This document shows, in pieces, positions 12,801 to 24,400 of a stretch of 64,000 bases of DNA (the stretch's first letter is position 1; each line of letters opens with the position of its first letter). Both the position numbers and the translations under genes were made by a program. Source of the DNA: Magallana gigas. Taxonomy: Eukaryota. Under the pieces are notes generated by a model, which saw only the letters and a program-made list of their open reading frames with translations, did no database searches and was not told the origin of the DNA. The stretch spans positions 15,438,001-15,502,000 of the forward strand of contig NC_088857.1 in NCBI RefSeq assembly GCF_963853765.1. The letters run 5' to 3'.

Positions 12801-15800
12801 ACAAAAACTGACCGTTCTTGGTCGTCCTGGACATGAATGACTTGGTTGATTCTTTTCACTATCCAAGTAAACAGTCGGCTATATAGGGCTTTACACAAGG
12901 CATCCCTGCCATCACACGCCTCGTGCATTGACTTCAGTCTCACGATCCTCTCGCCTTCACAGAATAATAAAATAAAACTTAAATTTCAAGACACCTTACC
13001 AATAGCTGATCATCATGCCATGCACATTTCAAAACGATTGTAAGATTATTTTAAAAAGAAGAATAACTGAATGTTGTTATAAAGGTTTTAATCTATGCTA
13101 ACCTCTGACAAAGCTTGATGAAGCTATCAGGACTGTTACCAGGTCGTCAGCTTGCAGGGAGAGTAGTCGGCTTCCTAAGCAAATATATTATGTATTAGAA
13201 TATATTCTTAAAAAGTTAACAAACGATTACATGTAAGTAGAAAAAGAATGAAGTAAAAAGAAATAGTTACCGTAATCCACCTCGTCTTCGTTCACTATGA
13301 TGAGCTGCTGAAGTTCGGGGTCTGGAGCAAAGTCGATGTTACTGAGATGCAAGATGCCAGCCATGATGGCAAAAATTATATTAACGATCTGAAAAGTAGC
13401 AAACACATTGAATACCGTTGTAATTATTGACGAATTCTTTGAAGTATTTTCATGAATTGTGTCTCACCTGAGAAGGAAACCCTGTGTCATTCATGGCTTC
13501 TTTCAATTCTTCAAATCCGCTCCTGTTTGCCTCATAATCCATTTGAGAAGTAAAAACTGGTGCCCCGTGTCTAGGGTCCGTGATTCTACGTTGGTAGAAT
13601 AGATATGTACAATTTCTATTGCTACATGTATACTTCTAGTATAGGGTCAAAATTCAATTTAAAAAAAATGAGTTTTAGTGGGCGTTTAGCTTAGTTTGTA
13701 TCAGTCAAAAATTCCGAATATTTCAATTTCAAGTTTGAATATTTTCCTTTACCTTTATATATAGTTCTTCTCTTTAGAAGATTAATAGATTATCAAAATG
13801 GAAAGGGACACGACCACAACAAATAATATTACCTGTAGTGTTCCGGACGACTCAGATAGAAATGTTCGATTTCGTATTGAGACAATCCAGCAAACATATA
13901 GTAGAATATATGGAAGGACCTTTCACCATTTCCACAGTGTACGACTCGACTTTTCTCTAACATGTGTTCCGTCACCTTTGCTGAATAGACATGTAAATGA
14001 AAACTGTGATAATTGCTTGATTTTGTGTAAAAATACTCTGAAACATGGTTTTGAGCATTAAACCCTTTACCTCCAATAATCTTTCCTTGCTTGTTGAACA
14101 TGACTTCAATGAGCTTCCCAAATCTACTGGAATTGTCGTTCATTGTTGTCTTAGCGTTTCCAAAAGCCTCTAGTATAGGGTTTATCTGTAATGAAAGTCA
14201 CAATTTTTTATCCTCTTGCCCCTTTAATAAAACGTACATTGTAACTTTTGTTTTTGTAACTTTTGTTACTATATGTATAAATACAAATAATACTGATATT
14301 TATTTGTAAATGACCCAACCTCGACTATTTGTTCGGCAAGTTTAGTTGGCTCCTGTGACTTTGACATACGGGCTAGCTGGGCTATTGTCATTTTCGTGCT
14401 CTCCGTTTTACCTACCAACGATATTGGGAAATAAGGAAGCAATGCACGAAGATTGATAAAACATCACATTTTTGTTGCAAAGAACATGTAGTATAAAAAT
14501 ACTTATAATGAAATTATAAAGATGAATTGAAATTATTCATATCTCTTATTCTAATAGATTACAATGTTACATGTACATGTATCTACATCAATGATATTTT
14601 AATAGAATGATAAAAATAATATTTCTACAAACGTATTATGCACTCAACAGATGTATCACATGCACATATCACTATGGCATATTTAAAGATTATAATGAAA
14701 TGCAAGAAACTATTCTAACATGAGACGTTCGCTACCTGCTCCTGATTCACCGCTGACTAGAATAGCTTGGTTGACTCTGCCCCATATCAAATTCCTGTAG
14801 GCTTTACTTGCAATTGCGTATATGTGTGGAGACAGATCTTTAAGATTCTTGGCTTCAGAATAAACCAACCCCACCTGAAAATAATTATCTTATTTCATTA
14901 CTGTATATAAAAATATATTCGAGGATTCTTCAGTAATTATATTTGCTTAAAGTAGCTAGGTTTTGACAAGGAGAACAAATCTGTCACAGACAGTAAATTT
15001 TAGTAATTAACAAGTAAATTTGTTTTGTCCATACCTCCCCTCCATAAATTGGCAGCATCATGTTTGGGTTGACGGCCACTAGTATGTCTCCAAGATAAGT
15101 CTAAAATAAACAAATCATTTGAATGTAAATATTGTTACCAAAATATGTATTATTCTCTTTTGATTTATGTACTATTAGATGAATGGAGAGTGTATGATTT
15201 AATGGGTAAACTTTTTGCAGTTGTTTTGGTTTTATTACGATGTTCTTAAAACATACAGTAGATGGTAATATCATTTTATAATGTATTTTAAGATCATTAA
15301 ATCAGGATCATTGATTGTCTCAATTGTATCAGATATATGATTTGTGAAGCCTATTACATATACTTTAAATTTCATAGCGCTGACAATGAAAATTTACATT
15401 ATTAAAGACGAGAATACTGATTTGTTTTTAAAGAATAAACGCAAAACACCCGTCACTATTCAAATCCATGTAGTTTATGTGACTGCAACAAATCATGGGC
15501 GAACGATCTGTTTTGTATTTACTTTAATTGAAGGTAGAAAACATAGCAAAACATCTCCTTTTTTTTTAGAATTCCACTCAATGATTTGTATGCAATTATG
15601 TACTAGAGTATTTTAAACTTTGCTTGCGAGGTTAATTGTTTGCATTATTCAAAGTGTGTTAACTAGAAACAGTCATCTTGCTTATAATGCTTAATATTTT
15701 GTTAGCGAAATTCTGCAATAAATTTTCTGAAATATCTGCATAACTAAACAAAGTCCCGAGGGTTGCGTGAATCAAGTGAGTGTGTAGTATTAGTTTGCAT

Positions 15801-16974
15801 CTGATTCTATAACTACAAATAATTCTAGAATTACGATCATTCTTATCTTATCTGGCGTTAAGGGGTCACAAATTAAACAAATTTTAGTTTCACCAAAATA
15901 TATAATAAAAAGACAGACGTTTGTTTAAATAGTTTATTTTTTTATAGTTTTCTCCAAAAATATATTTGTTCCCGTTATACGTCTAAGTTCACAGTCAAGA
16001 AAACTTAAAATGACACTACTTTTTCATTTAGAAGAAATTTTATTAAGAAACTTTATTAAATATATAAATTAAAAAAGAGATTTTTAATGATTGTTCTTGT
16101 ATTATAGTTATCTATCTTGCAGCTGCACTGTATATCTGATGGTCAGAGTGTAAACAAGTTGAATGTATATCCAACAGATGGCCAGTATTGAAATTTTCTT
16201 GTAACTATCGGCGTATTTAGATCAGTGGTTGAAAAAAGATTTTCATTCACTTTTATTTCTCGAATTTCATATGTCACGATGATTCCCATTTTTGGATGTT
16301 TTGTGTCTAGCTTTGATTGATATACCGGAAGGTTATGTGACTCTAAAGAAGTCAAAATATGAAAAGATTACAAAAAGACGGATTGCAAATAGAGTGACAA
16401 AAGGTCTAAAAGACAATATATATATTCAGATACCATTTGTGATTAGGTAAAAGAGTAGCAACAAAATATTTCAAATGGTAATATTTGATTATTTTCTTTC
16501 ACAAGAAGATAATTGTTGGCTACCTCTAAGTGTAGACATAAACCGAATCGCCATGTATTGCAATAAAGCTGTTTTAAGATAGTGCTTACTTTTTGACTGA
16601 CAGACAACAAGGTGTAAACCCGATAACACTTTTTGCTTATATTGGGGTAAGATATCAACATTATTAAACCTAAGTCTTGTAGGGTTGAACCATCTTCCCA
16701 AACCAAGGGTTTCTGATCCCCATCTCTGCCCACAAACGCCGAATTGAAAACCCTTGACTTTGGAAGAAGGATTCAACAAATGTCATCAATCCTATAGGTA
16801 AAGTTTACAGTTCATACACATTCTGAAAGATGCAATTTATTTAGTAATTAATAGATATCTTACATATATGGTATTTCTTTCATATCGTCGTTTTAACTCA
16901 TGAAGAAGAGAATCCTCAGTCAGGTCTCCAATAACCGCCATATCGTCGCCATAACTCTTTTCTGGTACTGCCAT
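3846..16974 (-). CDS. Unconventional myosin (class III-like motor, no kinase domain) with one IQ motif and a C-terminal Smad MH2-like domain; 29 coding exons, ~1227 aa
   Basis: Exons (5'->3'): 16974-16864, 15100-15035, 14874-14736, 14411-14320, 14185-14071, 13980-13833, 13585-13468, 13388-13271, 13174-13103, 12954-12813, 11994-11769, 11662-11498, 11352-11219, 11079-10984, 10865-10796, 10384-10329, 10243-10094, 9846-9735, 9629-9378, 9035-8869, 8649-8604, 7429-7269, 6751-6679, 6372-6214, 5674-5479, 5270-5164, 4964-4817, 4273-4187, 4003-3846. All phases match (3684 nt). Motor motifs: [10 protein letters not shown]-loop [17 protein letters not shown], switch-1 NDNSSRFGK, switch-2 [40 protein letters not shown]-like motif [15 protein letters not shown]. 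An in-frame TAA just upstream of the ATG fixes the start. Confidence 0.93.
5479..7429 (-). other. Smad MH2 (DWB)-like domain encoded by myosin exons 22-25
   Basis: [28 protein letters not shown] / [29 protein letters not shown] / VKIFDMEEF / [10 protein letters not shown]...[17 protein letters not shown] is colinear with Smad MH2 motifs as I recall them (WCSIAYYE..., FCLGLLSN...HIGRGVRL, KIFN.QEF, IRMSFVKGWG...TPCWIELHL..PL..LD). Confidence 0.85.
7701..7906. mobile_element. MITE (~206 bp) with a TA target-site duplication, Tc1/mariner-like, in a myosin intron
   Basis: TA|CTGTGGTTTCA ... TGAAACCACAG|TA terminal inverted repeats. Confidence 0.75.
9675..9696. repeat. (GA)n microsatellite
   Basis: Direct reading; a similar tract lies at ~12578-12597. 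Confidence 0.8.
11404..11468. repeat. Two poly-C tracts (poly-G on the transcribed strand) separated by A-rich sequence
   Basis: C-runs at about 11405-11421 and 11451-11468, roughly 30-90 nt downstream of the myosin exon 12 donor. Confidence 0.8.
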
Positions 16975-19900
16975 TTTGATTTCTGCTTAGAAACCACTTG
17001 ATGATATTATTTTTTATCCTGTGAAAAAAACTTCATGGTTGCAATGGAATGTTTTATATCTTGAAATTACTTATCTCTAGATATATATTTTTCTAAACAT
17101 GGTATCTTTAATCAATAAATCCGGAACGCTTTGCTTTTTATGTCTAGATTCAGTTGCTTTGATTTGATAGTGAACAACCAAAAATACACAAAAGGTCAAG
17201 TTTCCTATTATTTTATTCATTCAAACATTAAATTGTGATATAAAAACACGTTGAATATAATTTTGAAATGATCTTAAAGCCGTAGGGAAAATAATACTAG
17301 TACAGAAAATATTGTTTTGAATGAGGAAGTATTGAAGCAATTTAAGACCTTAATCTCTGTAACCTATTCAACCCGTAATGGACCATAAAACTACACAGTA
17401 AACTGCCGTGAGAATGAATTGCAATTATGCGAGAGATCCACTGTGAACAGCAAGTAATTATCCTACACGTGTGTATTTCTACATCGTAAAGACTCCTCTA
17501 TAGGTTGTAATGTTGCCTTTCAGACCGACCCTGCCTTATTTTTTTTTTTTGCACGCTTTGCAAACTAAACACAATTCTAAAGAAAGACGGAAAATAATAT
17601 GATGATAGAAACGATTAAGCTACATTAGTTTCAAAATATCTTTTTTTAAATACAATTGAATTAAGAACTGTATGTATTAACAAATTTCTTTACGGTCTAA
17701 CAATTACGGTGTAAAGGACACTTGTTATCTTACCAAGTGTGTCTGTTTAAGTTTTTCAAGGTTACTAGAGCTAGTGTATCTTTTTCTTTTTATTACAGAT
17801 GGATGCAATGTTGATAGGTCTGACATTTTATTATACAAAACAGGTGGAATGCTACACATCTCATGAGCTATCAGAGCAAAACTCACATTCTTTGTTCATA
17901 TTTGGATTTAATTAATGTTTTTTTTTATAAGAAATCTGCAATTGATTTGATGTAATCATGTAAACAACGAGAAAATTTTTAAATTTTCTACACAGGAATG
18001 TGAGGGTCTATACATATTGTATCAGATGATTAAGTAGAAATGGACAGTTATGATTTCAATGATATCAGACATTCGAAGACAAACTGGGTCTTATTTCTAA
18101 CTTTCAACAAACCATAACAGAATTCTTTATCAGTTTATGTATCACTAAGATGACTTCTATTAGAAATGACATAGCTAGCTAATGGATACTTTAGGTACAC
18201 ATTCATCAAATTTATTTTGGCAATTTCTTAAAAAAAATATTTTTTTTTTCAAACTCGTGTACGTCAAATTTACGGTAGTTTGTTATGAAGAGTTTTAGAA
18301 TAATAGCATTCTTTTGCAATGATTCATTTAGGTCCCAATAATCATCAATTATATCAAATTGACAATAATTTTAATAAGCAGTTTTATACCTCTAGATTTA
18401 GATTAAAAAACAAAGTCCATTCTTTGAAGTAGACATTGTGTTTAAGATTAATGTGTAAATCCAGCAGTAAATCATTTATTTCTATTTCAAATATGTTATA
18501 CGTTTTTTTTTCTTGAATTCATGTCATGCAATACATATGAATTATCGATATAAACTAATGATTTTCAAAGATCCCAAGAACTTTCCTAAATCGAGTAACT
18601 GTTAACGCAGACAAGGTCTCGTTACAAAAAAGTAATGCACCTTATTCAAGTATTTATCGATTTTTGCCATTTTATACCACGGTCTTCTTTTAGTCCGCAA
18701 CATTACTCAAAGAGAAAACGGTCTTATGAAGTTTACACTTTTTACATATATGCAAGGTTCAAGATATGGTCTATATAAAAGACGAATATTTCAAACTGAT
18801 TTAAATTACATGAATCCGAGTTGATATCGAAGTTGTCGAGTAAGCAGGTGTTGTAAAATGTTTTGCTCTTGGAAGTTATCTAGAAGAAAAGAGCTAATTC
18901 ATACCTTTAAAAAACGTCAATTGCAACATCTTCAACACTTGTTCTTAGAAGTCACCATATTCTATTTTAGGTTTTACCTACTTCGAGATCGTTAATATAA
19001 TACATTTCCTCGTCAGGCTAACAGACACAACACAACAGTTCAGCAACATCAAATGTCATCATATATAAACATCTTGTTAACTAATTATTTCTTTATCGAT
19101 AGAAACTGAATATACAAATACACTGCAGCGATTGCTTTTGCGAGAATTTAGATTCTTAGAGTGATCGTTAATAGTGCTTGTCCTATTTCTAAATCAAGCA
19201 AGCACAACACTTTAAACTCATAATCAATCTCCGTTTGAATGATCAATGACACAAGAGCTATTGTTATCAATACCTACCTTCAAGATTATACAACTTCCAT
19301 GACATCATGAACAACAACATCCAAATATAGCGACCACATCGCCATCCATTTTTTTACCCACACACAAAATGAAAATCGCCGCGGCACAGTGTAAATTTTT
19401 AGGTAAAATCACGTTTAAAGGGTAGAATTACAGCTGCTTTGTATTGTCGGGGCACCCAGTAAGGGGTTCAGATCACTTGAAAGAGTGCAGTATTTCAATA
19501 ATCTTATCAGCTGATTGCTGGGACGCCTGTCAATTGCAAGGAGACTCGATATGGATAACCACCGTATGCTCTTCTTAATATAAACTGTATTGAATATTGT
19601 TATCAGCAAATTCGTACAGGAGTAGGACTACCTACTTTTTACAAACACGTGTACACGTTCTATTTTGTGTTTATTTACAAACTAGCATTACGGTTTGTGC
19701 CTTTGATTTTTTCTTTTATCACTACTATTAATAGAGTGTGTTTAACTTCATTATTCAAGATATTAGACTCATTAAGTTTTGGTTTATTCATGCTGATGTA
19801 CATACTTAGTTTCCCCCTTTGTATTTTGGGTTGTCATGTATTGATTTCTGGACGCAGATATGCATGGCAGACCATCAATAAATCTTTACAAGAAGGAAGT

Positions 19901-21401
19901 AAAATTCAGCGTCATCTGTTCAGTGTAATAAGGTTTTTCTTAAACCCCAATAATGAGCCAGATATGTCTCAATTCATTTTTTTACACCTGCATATCGGGT
20001 AAATAACCGAAATATTGCATCAAATGTAAACTTTTAATCTCATAATAAATTTGTTCAATGATGGATTTATGGAACTTCTTTACATTTTATAGAAGCAGGA
20101 AGTTCAGAGGAATCGATACCTTTATATTGATTTAAGTTGGTTAGTCATCTCTACATTGTAAAATGAGATAAAACACTCTTGCTTGGTCTTTCTTCTGGTA
20201 TGTGTAATATTCCGCTATACACATTTTACTCAAAGAAATGCTGAATTTATTATTTTAAACAGTTTGTTACAATGTACTCCATAAGTTAAATGTTACTCAA
20301 TAATTTGCTTTCTAATTATTTCAAAAATATTTTTTATATCTGGATTTCATCAAAAATTACCTTTTTCAGTTATCTAAAAACATTTCCATATTTGGAATGT
20401 ATAATGTGATATGGATATAAATATTAATCAGCAACATCATTTGACTAAGTCTAGTTTTATTTACTATGCAAAGGCTACACCGAATGGCAGACGAGGACTG
20501 ATTAACATCAACAAATAAAAACAACAATAAATGGATACAGCTGGGTTGTAAGCACATCACTATTCACAAATACATGTACAATCAAACAATATCAGCAAAA
20601 GTTATACATCCTCTTTGAATAAGAATATTTTATCCATATGTATGCACGGAATGTACTAATCAAGCCTGAGCAATAGCGTTAAACCTATACAAAAATATCT
20701 TCTTACAAAGTAAGAAAAAAATATTTTCACAACCAACATATTTATACATTCTTGTAAAATCCAAAAGGGTATGTAATGAAATCGTTGTTTCTTTAAAGGT
20801 AATATAAAGAATAGCATTCATTAAATATGAAGGCCTTAATACTTTTCAGATACTCATTAGAAATGATATAGAGATATTTATATATTTATCACAGGGTTCT
20901 TTGAGACTTCAAGTTTCATGATTTATTGTTCTGCAAACATAAAACTCTATCACATGATCCTAGAAACAAACAAAAACTTGAATAAGGACAAACGTATTGT
21001 AAATAAATATAAAAACGGACAGATTAAGTGCAATATACAAACCAAGTAACAAGAAATAAAATAAAATTTTAACAAGAACCTAAAATTCTATAATACCTAC
21101 ATGTAAATATTAATTTTTTTTTCAGTTACTACCGATATGAATAAAAATTTCAAAAAATTATCTTAATAACAGACTTCGTCAAATATAGAAATATGCTACA
21201 TTTAAGCAATTTAAGATATTACTATTTAAAATATGCAAATAATTCTTTAGGCTAAATTACCTTTCAACCTGTTCATGAAGCACTTTCTACATAGTTAAAA
21301 TTCTTAGTTTATTACATTACACTAGCTTTATTTGATAAACACCTAAACTGAAAGCACATCTTGTCTACATAGAAAAAATACAACGCAAAATATTTAATCA
21401 T

Positions 21402-24400
21402 TTAACTTGACTTAGGTTGAGCGGCAGCTTTATTAAGGCCAAGATAGTTCACAATTTCTCCTCTAATTTTCTCTGATATGGCATTTCCTGGTGAGACAGT
21501 TATGTCTAAGATGGTAGTGTTACATTTGAGTAACTCCACTAGCTTCCTTCCTCCTTCATCAGAAATAGACCCTTCCTCTAATTCCAGCACCTTCAGTGTT
21601 TGATTGTCTTTCAATCCACTGACAAGACCAGCGATGCCATCATCCCCAATCTTGTTGAAGTCCAGAGTCAACGTATGAAGGGTGGTGTTCTTTTTCAACG
21701 CCTTCCCGAGTCGTTTCCATCCCGCCACTGTAATTTTGGTGTTCCCATTTAGGTTCAGTGTTTTCAGTGATGTGTTGGATTCTAGAAGAGTCGATACGTG
21801 TTCAACTCCCTCATCTCCGATGGCAGTATCTCCAAGATCCAGTTCCAGAAGCTGACAGTATTTTGGTGGATTTTCTTCGTCTTTGTGGGAAAGATATGCG
21901 CTATGAATATCTTTCAGGCTTTCTGAAATGTACTTGATTCCTGTGTCTCCGACTGGGTTTCCATGAAGTCTGTTTAAATCCAATAACAAAACTACATTGT
22001 AAAACTGCACTACCAGTACATAAATTGAAACTTACAAAAATTCATTTAAATTGTCATGTTAATAAATTTTCTAATATTAAAGTATTCATATCTTTTAATT
22101 GCACCGAAGAAAAACTTCTTACAAGAGAATCTGCAGCGATGGTTTCTCCACAAGAAGTTCTCCAATCTCTTTTGCAGAAGTTGCGTTGAGTTTATTCAGG
22201 TTCATATTGATCATCTACAATCAAAAGGAGAATGTAATGAAGGTCACAAAAATGGATACCTAAAATGAACCTTCCTGATATCAATAATTTAAGATTACCT
22301 ACCTGTATTTCTGATTTTGTTGTTTTCAGAGCTTTTAGAATGTTTTCAAACTTGTCACTGTCCAGACACGCATTTCTGAGTGAGAATGTCTTGATGTCGT
22401 CTTTCTTAGCCAAATAGTCCGAAATTTCAGTTACCTGAAATAAAATCAGAATTTCTTAATAACAGTTAAAACAACTAAGCATAGAGAGGGTTTTACTTAA
22501 AGAAATGTAAAATAAATCAATTAAAACTCACTTTACTCGAAATGTGTTTACCTGTTCGTTGGATAGAGCTATGCTGTTAAGATCTATATCAGATTTCCCC
22601 TCAAACATTGGTGTAACGGATCCCTCAACTGGGATTCCTGGTTTTACTCCAATTCGGGACAAATAAGATGTAGCACCCTTTCCACCAGCCTCAACCTCAT
22701 CAGGATCATTTCCTGTCAAAAATTAATGCAGATATATCACTTAATACGTTTTTGAGACATTTTCACATGAATGCTTATTACTTGCTGTTGAATACTAATG
22801 GTCAGAATCAGTTTTGACAAGATTTACCATTTTTAATAAATAAAAGCAATTGGAAAATTGAAAAGTTTCACAAAACAAGTGTTCTACCTCCATGCATGTT
22901 TTCACCATCAGTGTCACTGTTGAAAATCGAGACCTTCTTGTCAGTATCACTCTCGCTGATAGGCAAATCTTTTTGTTCTTTAACAGACTTCGCATTGGAA
23001 TCACTCTTTATATCTTTTTCCTCAGGTTTTTCTGCAATTAGTTTAAATTTTAAATTTCAGTAAATTTTATTTTTGATATTTCAAATAAGCATAACTAAAG
23101 TCTCGCAGTGTATACAAAGGCAAATATATATCAGGATTTAGTATTTTAATCTATATTCATTAAATTAAAAGAAATGTTGAAGTAATGGTCGTTTAAAAAA
23201 ATTAAAACAAAAGGTCTCATCGCAGAAAGTGATGTTTTTTCAACAACACAAACTAAATTTAAGGATAGGATTGACGATCAATCTACCAGAAAAGTGAACA
23301 AGATTTCATTACAAAAATACATCTAAAAGAGATTTGAAAGAAATACACTTAACACAAATCCATAGAATGTTTTTTCTTATGCGTATACTAGAGCTTCAGA
23401 AAGAGACAATTAAAACTATTAATTATGAAACATGTTGACGTTATAAATATGCTCGGTTTATCAACTGATCGCATCGCCCTAATACCCGTTGATTCTTGAT
23501 GTTAATTATCAAATTATCAAAAACTTGCACAAAACTTCTCTAGTTAAAATTCAATTTCTACTACATGTACTTCAAAATCAAAAGATTAATATTTTTCATC
23601 CAAAACCAGAATGAGAATTCTTCTTTAACACAGCAATCATAAAAACTACGCAAATAAAAATCAATAAACAGGCCATGAACTAAAAATCAACTGATTAAGT
23701 GAAAACCACAACTATTTCAATGCCACCATGTGCATGCGAAAACTTTACGATCTACTTTTTTCCCATACCTATTTCTAACTGTCTTGATTCACGGAAGGGC
23801 GTCAGTGGAGCAGAATTATAAATATTAACAGAGGAACATAGGAAGATGTTAGTTGAAAGGTGAATGTAACATACAACATAAATAATTCGGTGTCTGATCT
23901 GAATGAATTTTATGACCAGTGCAATTCTTTTGGGAGGGCAGCAGCGGCATATTATTACATAGGATTAAAAAAATGTGGACAAAGACACAAGAAATACTTT
24001 AAAAAAGAGTTTGTGAAAATTAATTGTTCTTCATTGGACGGGGAGGTGGTGTATAAAACGTACTCCTTTCATTATTCAAGTTTCTTTACAAAAATTCCAA
24101 ACAATAAAAATAGAATTGTTCTTCTAAGGCATTACCTAACAAATACCGCACCAATAAAAATAACATAGATGCAAAACTACATTAATCTGAATTGAAATTC
24201 TTATATCTATATTATTAAAAAAGCAAGATTTAAATTCCTTCCCTTTCTACAACAGTATTTGTTACCACCTAGATTCATTATTTAAATCTGGTTAAAATAA
24301 GAGACAGAAGATTAGTGGATTGAGAACAAAGAACAAAGACAGACATATAAGAGTGCACTACAACAGCATGTTAGTCAAATTATAAGAGAAAGAGAGAGAG

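Noticed and set aside
16143-16779. Several 70-96 aa ORFs in myosin intron 1
   Set aside because: No recognisable motifs or splice-consistent chain; likely chance ORFs or a decayed repeat.
17019-21400. Possible upstream kinase exons that would make the myosin a true class III
   Set aside because: There is an in-frame TAA immediately upstream of ATG 16974, and no kinase motifs are visible in this interval.
23860-24168. 102-aa + strand ORF inside an LRR-gene intron
   Set aside because: GTG start, AT-rich, no family similarity or splice support.
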